A DNA stretch of 30,344 nucleotides, taken from NCBI GenBank assembly GCA_036339735.1, contig JAYZAL010000068.1, positions 1 through 30,344 on the forward strand, given 5' to 3'. Position 1 is the first letter of the stretch; the number at the start of each line of letters is the position of its first letter. Below are positions 8,883 through 17,455 of the stretch, piece after piece. Both the position numbers and the translations under genes were made by a program. Source of the stretch: Candidatus Poribacteria bacterium. GTDB lineage: Bacteria > Poribacteria > WGA-4E > UBA9662. The notes under the pieces are model-generated. The model saw only the letters and a program-made list of their open reading frames with translations. It did not search any database and was not told the origin of the DNA.

Positions 8883-9767
8883 ATGGCACGCGTTATTCGA
8901 GCCGATCAGGTTCCATCTAAATCCTTTACCAAGATAGAGTCAACTGAAACCTTCGAAACTGACTTTGCCTTAGAACAACCATTCGTTGAATCAACTCCGA
9001 CATCGGATTCGGGATCAAATCCAGCTGATGATTCAAGTAATCTGTCCAGTAATATCCTGGAAGAAGCACAGTTAAGGGCCGAAGCCATCATTAGTAACGC
9101 CGAACAGAAAGCCAGCAAGCTACAAAGTCAAGCTGCCTCACTTCTAGATTCAGCTCATAGTGAAGCCGAGCAGATAATACAACAGGCGGAGTCTGATTCG
9201 ACCCAACTTCTGTCTGATACTCAAATAGAGGTTGAACAACAATTTCAGGCAGCTCAACAGTCTGGATACCAAGAAGGATTACAAACAGGTCAGGACGCCG
9301 CTATTCAAAACACTGATCAGCTCAGTTATACGTTGCAACAAATAACAGAGAGTCTAGAGAGTTTTAAAACTCAGTTAGTCACACAATATGAAGCTGAGAT
9401 TCTCGAATTCGTCATGGTTATCTCGACCAAAATTGTTGGATTTGAATTGACCATCAACCCCAACGTAATTGTTGAAGTCGTCAAGGAAGGACTAACCCAT
9501 TTAAAAGACAAAACTGAAATTTTTATTCATCTTAATCCAGATGACTTGGGCTTGATGAAGCAATATCGGCCTCAACTACTAGAACAAATCGAAGGCGTTG
9601 GTAAACTACATTTTGTAGCAGACGAAAATTTGATTCTTGGTGAATGTCGCATTGAAAACAAATCTAATTTGATCGATAGCACTTGGCGGGAAAAATTGAG
9701 TAATGCAGCTGAAGCTATTTGGAAGTTGTACCATACCACTGAGGTAAACGAAATTGAGCCAGTATAG
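8883..9767 (+). CDS. fliH: Flagellar assembly protein FliH
   Basis: AxxxGxxxG repeats (AQQSGYQEGLQTG), IHLNPDD, ADENLILGECRIE; between fliG and fliI. Confidence 0.92.
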   Translation: MARVIRADQVPSKSFTKIESTETFETDFALEQPFVESTPTSDSGSNPADDSSNLSSNILEEAQLRAEAIISNAEQKASKLQSQAASLLDSAHSEAEQIIQQAESDSTQLLSDTQIEVEQQFQAAQQSGYQEGLQTGQDAAIQNTDQLSYTLQQITESLESFKTQLVTQYEAEILEFVMVISTKIVGFELTINPNVIVEVVKEGLTHLKDKTEIFIHLNPDDLGLMKQYRPQLLEQIEGVGKLHFVADENLILGECRIENKSNLIDSTWREKLSNAAEAIWKLYHTTEVNEIEPV

Positions 9768-11160
9768 CTCTCCAACAGTATCGGATTCTGTTGTCTCATC
9801 ACGCTTAAATCTGAGGCGGTATATCAGTGAGATCCGTCAAAATCCCCTAGTGTCATCTTACGGCCAAGTAACTAAGGTTGTTGGTTTAGTGATTGAAGCT
9901 AAAGGGATCGTAGCACCGGTGGGCGAATTGTGCATCATTTTTGCGACCGATCCGGATACAAATCAACCAATAGAGGTAAAAGCTGAGGTGGTTGGTTTTG
10001 AGGATGAACGCTTGCTGCTAATGCCACTGGGAAATATTCGAGGGATCAAAGCCACCGATAGAATTCGGTTAACCGACACAACTTTTACTGTCCAGGTTGG
10101 GGATGGATTGCTGGGACGTATTGTTGATGCACTTGGTCAACCAATTGATGGTTTGGGTCCTCTAGTTGGCTTAGATCAGTATCCGGTCCATAATACTCCA
10201 CCTGACTGTGTTGGTCGGCGGCGTATTACCCAAGTAATACCTACCGGGATTCGAGTAATTGATGGATTGCTGTCCATTGGCAAAGGACAGCGAGTGGGGA
10301 TCTTTGCCGGTAGCGGTGTAGGTAAAAGCACTTTATTAGGCATGATAGCTCGTAATGCGAAGTCCGATGTTAATGTCATAGCTCTGATTGGTGAGCGAGG
10401 ACGAGAAGTAATGGAATTTGTTGAGGATGCTTTGGGCCATGAAGGACTTCAACGATCGGTAGTCGTGGCAGCAACTTCTGACCAACCACCACTACTACGC
10501 GTACAAGGAGCTGTTACGGCAACTGCTATTGCAGAATACTTTCGGGATCAAGGACAAAGCGTTATGTTGATGATGGACTCAGTCACTCGCTTTGCTATGG
10601 CACAAAGAGAAATTGGTTTGTCGGTTGGCGAACCTCCAGCTACTCGTGGTTATACACCTTCCGTTTTTGCCAAATTACCAATGCTAATGGAACGTGCTGG
10701 CACCACCAGTGGCGAAGGTTCTATTACGGGTCTATATACTGTATTAGTTGAAGCTGACGATATGAATGATCCTATTGGAGATACATCCCGGTCTATTCTG
10801 GATGGGCACGTCGTTTTATCACGCGATTTGGCGGCCCAAAATCACTACCCAGCAATTGATGTTTCAGTTAGCCTAAGCCGTTTGATGTCCGATATAGCCT
10901 CATCAGACCACCAAGCAGCTGCCAGCCAATTCCGACAAACTTTGGCAGATTACGAATCAATTCGTGATGCTTATAACATTGGAGCCTACACCGTGGGTAT
11001 GAACCCACAAAGTGACTATGCGATAGAAAATCTGGAATCGATGAATTCCTTTTTACGGCAAGGCAGCCAACCCAGTGAATTTCGCCAAACTGTATCTCAA
11101 TTAGCTCAGGTTTTCGACCCAATTGAAGATTCACCTTCTTCTACATCTTCCTTTGGTTGA
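9754..11160 (+). CDS. fliI: Flagellar export ATPase FliI
   Basis: GQRVGIFAGSGVGKS (Walker A), LIGERGREV, MMDSVTRFA, GEPPATRGY, ILDGH; TTG start overlaps the fliH end. Confidence 0.97.
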   Translation: MSQYSSPTVSDSVVSSRLNLRRYISEIRQNPLVSSYGQVTKVVGLVIEAKGIVAPVGELCIIFATDPDTNQPIEVKAEVVGFEDERLLLMPLGNIRGIKATDRIRLTDTTFTVQVGDGLLGRIVDALGQPIDGLGPLVGLDQYPVHNTPPDCVGRRRITQVIPTGIRVIDGLLSIGKGQRVGIFAGSGVGKSTLLGMIARNAKSDVNVIALIGERGREVMEFVEDALGHEGLQRSVVVAATSDQPPLLRVQGAVTATAIAEYFRDQGQSVMLMMDSVTRFAMAQREIGLSVGEPPATRGYTPSVFAKLPMLMERAGTTSGEGSITGLYTVLVEADDMNDPIGDTSRSILDGHVVLSRDLAAQNHYPAIDVSVSLSRLMSDIASSDHQAAASQFRQTLADYESIRDAYNIGAYTVGMNPQSDYAIENLESMNSFLRQGSQPSEFRQTVSQLAQVFDPIEDSPSSTSSFG

Positions 11161-11251
11161 CGTTAATTGTTACTTGTTTGTTTTTATTCTGGTTATTTGC
11201 TTTTTGTCAAATTCAAATATAGTCTTAGTCATCTAATCCAGAAAGCTTAAA

Positions 11252-11701
11252 ATGCAGAAATTTCGCTTTGTACTCCAACCTGTTTTACAAAAGCGTAAAA
11301 TGGCTTATGAGCAGATCAGTCGAAATTTGGCAATCACCCAACAAGAATTGCAGACGGAATTCCAAAAATTGACCGATCTCCAAGATCGGAATACTCAACT
11401 ACGTTCTGATCTGAAATACCGAAGACAGCACCAAGGTTTTAAGGCCGCTGAGTGGACTACATATGCTGGTTACCTTCAGCACCTAGACCAAAAAGTTCAA
11501 AGCCAAATTCTTATCATTGAAGAAAAAGAAAAACAAGTCGAAAACATCCGCCAGGAAATGCAAAAAGCCCGAGCTGAATATGAAGTTATGATTAAAATGA
11601 GAGAGAAAGCCCAGGCTGAACACCGGCAGCAATTCCTAAAAGAGGAACAAGCGTTTTTAGATGACTTACCCAAGTCAAACCGTACTAGTATAAGTATGTA
11701 A
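11252..11701 (+). CDS. fliJ: Flagellar export chaperone FliJ
   Basis: MQKFRFVLQPVL N-terminus, coiled coil, EEQAFLDD C-terminus; follows fliI. Confidence 0.9.
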   Translation: MQKFRFVLQPVLQKRKMAYEQISRNLAITQQELQTEFQKLTDLQDRNTQLRSDLKYRRQHQGFKAAEWTTYAGYLQHLDQKVQSQILIIEEKEKQVENIRQEMQKARAEYEVMIKMREKAQAEHRQQFLKEEQAFLDDLPKSNRTSISM

Positions 11702-11744
11702 TAAATACTAAATAATAAATTTCAGTGATCTGAAATCTATAATT

Positions 11745-12512
11745 ATGCCTCTAATTTTCCGATTTACAATTGCTGGTCTGTTATTAGTTTTGGCGATCTT
11801 TTCTATTCTTTTGTGGAAGCGATCACTCATAACCATTGACCTTCGAGAGGGTGGGATGATTGTTGCCACTGCCTATGACTTTGAACCAATAATAGGCCAA
11901 TTCAAAACAGATGGACACGTTTCAGTCCTTAGCGAAAAATCGATCAACAAATTAGTGGAAAAATCTAATTCTAGTGATTTAGTCGGTCAACTACGCCTGA
12001 TGCCAGAGTCTGTCCAGAGTCGGTTTTTGCCCCACCTGTCAGATCTTAACAAAAAACAAATAAATTCAATTCTGAAAAGTAATCAAGGCTTGAACCAAAT
12101 ATGGATCAAACTGATTTCCTTGCGCAAGAAAAGTTCCAAACTTAAGCAGGGTCTCATCGACGATGCTGCAGAAATCTATCGTGAAGAAAATTCTCAAACC
12201 AGAGACTCGGCCGAAATTTCTAAGATATTACCAGGACTTAATATTGATGGTATCGACATAGAGCGAGGTGTTCCTGATATATATCAGATTCTATTCAGTA
12301 TAAACGTCGATAAAATACAAAGTGATATGGATCAAGAGAATAAGCTGGAGAGAGAAATTGAACAAAAAGAAAGTTTGATAGTTAAGCTGCAATCAGAGTG
12401 CTCAAGCTTAGAAGATAAAAATAAAGAGTTAGAGAATACAAACGGACAATTGAAGAGGACCTTGAAAAACCTAAAAGAATTTAGTTTGCCAGATGGCCCC
12501 TTAACCCCTTAA
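11745..12512 (+). CDS. Hypothetical membrane-anchored coiled-coil protein (flagellar cluster orf1)
   Basis: 255 aa, N-terminal TM helix, helical middle region, C-terminal heptad coiled coil; co-oriented within the operon. Confidence 0.8.
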   Translation: MPLIFRFTIAGLLLVLAIFSILLWKRSLITIDLREGGMIVATAYDFEPIIGQFKTDGHVSVLSEKSINKLVEKSNSSDLVGQLRLMPESVQSRFLPHLSDLNKKQINSILKSNQGLNQIWIKLISLRKKSSKLKQGLIDDAAEIYREENSQTRDSAEISKILPGLNIDGIDIERGVPDIYQILFSINVDKIQSDMDQENKLEREIEQKESLIVKLQSECSSLEDKNKELENTNGQLKRTLKNLKEFSLPDGPLTP

Positions 12513-12535
12513 CGTAATAAATAGTAAATCTAATT

Positions 12536-12925
12536 ATGTTGGAGAAAACTCTAAACTGGGTAACTAGTTTACTCACTCTCATTACAATTCTATTTTTATT
12601 ATTGTGGCTAACTGAAATATCCAATCAGAAAAACCCTCAGTTTCAAGGTAGATCCGCCAGCGAGATCTATGGTTATGCAACCATCGACAATGGTTCTCTG
12701 GAGGTTAGTCTAGCTAGCCTATACGTGAAATGGGCCTCACAGAAGGAGAAAATTGATAAACTTTACCAACGACGTAACGATCTTCAGCGAATCCTTGAAA
12801 ACAAAAAAACAGAAAAAAAAGAATTGGATGACGAAATTCAGCTTTTACAGAAACAGATCGAGGTAGTTAAGAAGTTAGTTGATACTGTTTCTAACAGTGC
12901 ATCCAATTTGAAACAGCAAAAATAG
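12536..12925 (+). CDS. Hypothetical membrane-anchored coiled-coil protein (orf2)
   Basis: 129 aa, N-terminal TM, SASEIYGYATI motif, coiled coil. Confidence 0.8.
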   Translation: MLEKTLNWVTSLLTLITILFLLLWLTEISNQKNPQFQGRSASEIYGYATIDNGSLEVSLASLYVKWASQKEKIDKLYQRRNDLQRILENKKTEKKELDDEIQLLQKQIEVVKKLVDTVSNSASNLKQQK

Positions 12926-12936
12926 GTACATAAGCT

Positions 12937-13512
12937 ATGGTTAGAATACTGGCATTCTTATCTATCATTTTTTATTTCTTTGCTGTCTTTTTCGGCATGA
13001 TGTTTTATTTTGACAATTTTAGCGAACAAGATGAAAAGGTAATGTCAGCTGGAGAGTTGTATGGTTACTCAGCGATTCAATTAACCACTCCAGAAATGGC
13101 CAAGAAAATTCAGTCTTTTTTGGAAGAAGAAAGTAAGATCAAAATGCAAATTGAAAACCTGAATAGCCAATTGAAAAAGAAAGAGTTAGAGGAAACTGGG
13201 ATTTTTGAGAAAGTGGCCGAAGCGAAAAAAAAGTTACAAAAATATGAAAAAGATTTGGCTAGATATGAGAAGGGCGAGAAATTGGCAGACTTATTGCTAA
13301 AGCTACCAGCGATTAATGCGGCGGAAACTATTTCGACTTATAGTGATCTGGAGCTAAGGTTTTTTGTCGAGTATGCCATGCCTGTGATGCAGGCGGACGT
13401 AGCAAAAGAAAAACTCTACAAAAAGTTGTTGCAGTCAATTGGTCCTAATAAGATTCTCGCTACAAAAATCAGTAAGTTTACAATTCAAAAAGAAGAAAGG
13501 GCTAATGACTAA
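12937..13512 (+). CDS. Hypothetical membrane-anchored coiled-coil protein (orf3), possibly YlxF/FlbB/MotE-like
   Basis: 191 aa, N-terminal TM, SAGELYGYSAI motif, coiled coil, KLADLLLKLPAINAAETI resembling the MotE/YlxF helical motif; stop overlaps the fliK start (TAATG). Confidence 0.75.
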   Translation: MVRILAFLSIIFYFFAVFFGMMFYFDNFSEQDEKVMSAGELYGYSAIQLTTPEMAKKIQSFLEEESKIKMQIENLNSQLKKKELEETGIFEKVAEAKKKLQKYEKDLARYEKGEKLADLLLKLPAINAAETISTYSDLELRFFVEYAMPVMQADVAKEKLYKKLLQSIGPNKILATKISKFTIQKEERAND

Positions 13513-16500
13513 TGTCTAGTTTATTTTTTACTGCCCCTTCTGCTACTTCGGAAGGTTTAGGAGCCAGCATGGATGTGCAGTCGCAGCAGACTCTGTCCAG
13601 CACTTCACTTGATCAAGAGGTTGGTAATTTTGCCAATGTTCTATCTGTAGCGATAGACCAGTCTCAAGTGGGTAGCGGCACCAGTTCACCTACTGATTCG
13701 ATAAGTAGTTCGTTACAGCCGACTACTACTCATTTGTCGTCGGCCCCAATCGGTCTTAATTCTCAATCCCAAGCCAACCAACTATCTCTGTTACTGAATA
13801 CTTCTGATGTTAGTTCGAATGCAACTTTGCAACCAACACTAACGGGCTTGAGTTTCGGTAATCAATGGAAATTGGAGCAATCTTTGGTATCGGACTCGCC
13901 GATGGCCGAGCAGGTTTCAGACTTGGCGAATTGGATTGAAAGTTTTGCAACTGAGAATAAACAAACGGACCAATTATCGAATCTCGGTAAGATGAGGCAA
14001 ATTCTTCCGAAGATTGTGAAATCGATTCAGGCCAAATTGACTTCAGTCGAATTGGCGCGGTTAAACCTTCAGGTCACTGGGCAGCAACTAATAATGGAAT
14101 TGGATCAAACAGAGATCCAGCTACCATTGTTAATGTTTCAGGAACCTGATTTCGATCCTCAGTTGGTAGCTCACATCTTGGCGGCCAAAAGTCATACAGT
14201 ATCAAGAAAAAACGATCAGAATGAAACAGATTTGCTGACTACCGTTCAGCTGTTTGAATCAGTTGATTCTGAAGGTACTGGCAATGAAATAGAGTCTGCT
14301 AGTCAATTTGGGCATCCCGCACTTATGACGGTATCGAATTTAGGGGTAACCAACCCGATTAAGGCTAATGATGTCGCTCTAAATGAATCATCTTCATATG
14401 TGCGAGCAGAAATATTTTCCACTTTTCCATCTACGCAAATGACTTTTCGGTTTGAAGCAGGAAGGAGCTATCTCAACACCGAGCAAGTGGATTGGTCAAC
14501 AATTCAGGCAGATGATGATCAGAACCAACTGGGACTTACCCAATCAATGATTGGATCAGAAGCCAATGAGTTGGAGGTAACCAACATTACAGAGTCATTA
14601 TTGATTGACGAAATCAGTCAATTGAACAATGTTGGACCAAATTCATTATCAGAAACCGAAATACAACAGGCAGCAAGCCAAATCCAACGTCTAGCGACCG
14701 GTTTAGCAGATAGGTCGTTGAGGCAGAACTTGTCTATTAATTCAACTGAATCAGATCCAGTCAAACAGCTCAACGTGGTGTTTGGCGTTGGTTCAGATAG
14801 GTTGACAATGGCAGTGCCTGGTTCAGAAACCCAGATATCTGTTCCTACGACTACTGACTTGCCGCTATCACCAGTAGCAGATTGGGTAGAAAAAATATCG
14901 ACGCAAGTAAAAGAGGTGCTCGTTGAAAAGCCTAATACGGCCATTTCTACTTCATTGCCATTAATGACCTTTGGCCTAGACTTGTCATCAACTGAAGAAA
15001 TGGAGGTGTTACCAGCTAGTTCAACCACAATCGGCCAAATCAAAGCTACTCAACAGATGCTTGGACATCTAGCAGCGGCAATGGAACAACCAGTCGCACC
15101 AGCGTCGGATGGGTTGTTACAAGTTAGTGTTCCTAACGGCATTGATCGGGTAGCTATGGGAGCCCGATTACAAGTGGAGGCTAACGATAGTTCTGTACGC
15201 TTAACCTTTCAATCTGAAAGCCCGGTTGTCCTGAGTTCTGTGCAAAGATCTTTACAGAGTTCTCTATCACAGCTTAATTTGTCAGGTCAACAGCAATCTG
15301 CTCAAACCGAATTTGCGAATTCTGTTGGCCTAGAAGCAGAAGTACCGGTTGAGTCTGTGTTAAATAGACTCAATGTGTCGTCGATGCATATTACTAGCTA
15401 TAAAAGGAATACGGTACCAGAAGGAGATTCAGTTTCTTTCATGCCTAATCAGATGATAGCTGATGGTTCAGTTAAGTCTACCAATCCTAATTTTGGCAAT
15501 GCTCAGAATCCGCTTTTGGCGACTTCGACTCAGTTATCAACGCAGATTTCTGAAACTAACTTTTCGGATGGTACTCAACCACTGACGGTGAGGTCTAACA
15601 ACCTACCTAGCCCAACTGTTATGGGGCCACAGGCCTCCAATGAATTGGAGCCTAGCCCACTGAGTAATGGTTTAGATATAAACGGTTTGCCTTTAAATGT
15701 AGAAATAGAGTCAGTACTGGGTGATCGACTAGGAAGACAGAATCACCGAATTTCAAATCCATTACTTGGTGGTAACCAACCCACAGTCACACCGACGATA
15801 TCTGTAAATTCCATTAGTGAATCTACGGAGACAATTTCATTAACTGGAAATACTATTGGGCCTCAGGTAAATAGTAGTACTTTAGGTCAGTCTTTTGATT
15901 CGCAAATGGCATTCGGCCAAAATGATGGTAACAATAGCGGCCTAACAGAAGATGAGCTTGGCTCCACTGAAAGCGATTCATTTACTACTGTTTTGGAGCA
16001 AGAAAATGAGACCCAGCGAATGGAGTTTCTGTCAACTACTCCTCAAAAGCAGATGAGTGAAATGGAAGGTGTTTCACCACAAGATGAAGTCAGCTCTCAA
16101 TTTGCCGAAGTTCGACGAGTTCGAGAAGCCAGACAAGACATTATCCGTGAAATTCAATCACTACAGGCTGATCGCCGTCAGGAATCTGACCGAGAGATGA
16201 CTATTCAGCTGCAGCCTGCACGATTGGGCCGGTTAATGGTTCGTGTCTCTCAACGTCGAGATTTGGATGGAAACTCTGCCGTGGCAGTTCAGATACAAGC
16301 TAGCTCGACAGAAGCCCAGCAGTTGTTGATGAACGAGTTATCGGATCTTAAGTCAGATTTTCAAAGTCAAGGCATAGATCTAACCGGCTTAGAGGTTTCG
16401 ATTGACAGCGGAAGAAATTTCCACCAATCTCGCTCACAGGGATTATTTTTCGCTGATTATCAGCGACAGATGCGTTCCGGTGGAAATTTACGCTCGGCAG

Positions 16501-16589
16501 ACCCACCTATTTCGTCAATTCACCGCTCTGAAGGCCCATCCAAAGTTGGCACGCAATATGCCAATAACCAATTGAACTTAGTCATTTAA
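13512..16589 (+). CDS. fliK: Flagellar hook-length control protein FliK (very long)
   Basis: Long S/T/Q/N/P-rich low-complexity body; C-terminal Flg_hook-type domain MTIQLQPARLGRLMVRV...LSDLKSDFQSQGIDLTGLEVSI; directly upstream of flgD. Confidence 0.9.
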   Translation: MSSLFFTAPSATSEGLGASMDVQSQQTLSSTSLDQEVGNFANVLSVAIDQSQVGSGTSSPTDSISSSLQPTTTHLSSAPIGLNSQSQANQLSLLLNTSDVSSNATLQPTLTGLSFGNQWKLEQSLVSDSPMAEQVSDLANWIESFATENKQTDQLSNLGKMRQILPKIVKSIQAKLTSVELARLNLQVTGQQLIMELDQTEIQLPLLMFQEPDFDPQLVAHILAAKSHTVSRKNDQNETDLLTTVQLFESVDSEGTGNEIESASQFGHPALMTVSNLGVTNPIKANDVALNESSSYVRAEIFSTFPSTQMTFRFEAGRSYLNTEQVDWSTIQADDDQNQLGLTQSMIGSEANELEVTNITESLLIDEISQLNNVGPNSLSETEIQQAASQIQRLATGLADRSLRQNLSINSTESDPVKQLNVVFGVGSDRLTMAVPGSETQISVPTTTDLPLSPVADWVEKISTQVKEVLVEKPNTAISTSLPLMTFGLDLSSTEEMEVLPASSTTIGQIKATQQMLGHLAAAMEQPVAPASDGLLQVSVPNGIDRVAMGARLQVEANDSSVRLTFQSESPVVLSSVQRSLQSSLSQLNLSGQQQSAQTEFANSVGLEAEVPVESVLNRLNVSSMHITSYKRNTVPEGDSVSFMPNQMIADGSVKSTNPNFGNAQNPLLATSTQLSTQISETNFSDGTQPLTVRSNNLPSPTVMGPQASNELEPSPLSNGLDINGLPLNVEIESVLGDRLGRQNHRISNPLLGGNQPTVTPTISVNSISESTETISLTGNTIGPQVNSSTLGQSFDSQMAFGQNDGNNSGLTEDELGSTESDSFTTVLEQENETQRMEFLSTTPQKQMSEMEGVSPQDEVSSQFAEVRRVREARQDIIREIQSLQADRRQESDREMTIQLQPARLGRLMVRVSQRRDLDGNSAVAVQIQASSTEAQQLLMNELSDLKSDFQSQGIDLTGLEVSIDSGRNFHQSRSQGLFFADYQRQMRSGGNLRSADPPISSIHRSEGPSKVGTQYANNQLNLVI
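16546..16562 (+). promoter_or_regulatory. Candidate internal sigma54 promoter for flgD-flgE within the 3' end of fliK
   Basis: TTGGCACG-CAAT-ATGCC, exact GG-N10-GC spacing, about 150 nt before the flgD ATG. Confidence 0.6.
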
Positions 16590-16598
16590 ACATGACAT

Positions 16599-16633
16599 TT
16601 GAGAGCTGCTTGGAAAAGCCAAGTAGCTCTCAA
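16599..16633 (+). other. 15-bp stem-loop between fliK and flgD
   Basis: TTGAGAGCTGCTTGG-aaaag-CCAAGTAGCTCTCAA (one G-U pair); no clean U-tract after it. Confidence 0.7.
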
Positions 16634-16711
16634 GTATCTTATTTACCGAAGTCAATCTCTGTTAGTTAACCAAACTAAGCGACCAAACGCTAAGATGGAG
16701 AGGTTATTGGA

Positions 16712-17377
16712 ATGGATGTTAAACAGCAGTCTGGGTTGCCAGGGTTCATGCAAAAAAATCCAACCCTTCAAGTCGACCGAAAGCAAGAACTGGGAAAAGA
16801 CCAATTCTTGAAACTTTTGGTCACACAACTCAAGTATCAAGACCCACTAGACCCGATGAAAAACGATGAATTCATCGCTCAAACAGCTCAGTTTAGCGCT
16901 TTGGAGCAGATGCAACAAGTTAATGAAAACATCACCAAACAAAGTGGTCTTTATCAGCAAGTAGTTAATGCTGCAACCGTTCAGTACATTGGTAAATCAG
17001 TATTAACGCCGGGAAACAAAGTAGAACTAACCGCTGGCCAACCAGTTCAGTTTGGAGCGGATGTTCCTTCTGCAGCTAATTTGACGGTCAATATTAAAGA
17101 TAGATTTGGTCGAGTAGTTGACACCTTACATCTTAATACCGATAAAGCTGATCGATTAGATATTGAGTGGGATGGGCATAATTCAGATAATCAACCTCTC
17201 CCTGATGGCACCTATAAATTTGAAATACAAGGAATTAATAGCTCAGGAGAAGTAGTTCTACCTGTTGCTTTGACCAAAGGTAAGGTCGCCGGTATTTCAA
17301 ATAAGAATGGCAAAACTATGCTATCGGTTGATGGGCGATTAGTTGATCCGAGTAAAGTTTTAGCTACTACAAATTAA
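16712..17377 (+). CDS. flgD: Flagellar hook capping protein FlgD
   Basis: LGKDQFLKLLVTQLKYQDPLDPM...FIAQTAQFSALEQ; Ig-like WDG...LPDGTY. Confidence 0.97.
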   Translation: MDVKQQSGLPGFMQKNPTLQVDRKQELGKDQFLKLLVTQLKYQDPLDPMKNDEFIAQTAQFSALEQMQQVNENITKQSGLYQQVVNAATVQYIGKSVLTPGNKVELTAGQPVQFGADVPSAANLTVNIKDRFGRVVDTLHLNTDKADRLDIEWDGHNSDNQPLPDGTYKFEIQGINSSGEVVLPVALTKGKVAGISNKNGKTMLSVDGRLVDPSKVLATTN

Positions 17378-17455
17378 ATTTTAATTATTTTTTGCTTATG
17401 ATGAACTGGATAGCCTCATCATAAAATCCAGTAAGCTTAGACAGGAGAAAAATAC

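Noticed and set aside
8884-8900. TGGCACG at the fliH start as a sigma54 promoter
   Set aside because: No GC at the -12 position; explained by the codons for M-A-R
16599-16811. 70-aa ORF between fliK and flgD
   Set aside because: TTG start inside the hairpin, overlaps flgD out of frame, no motif
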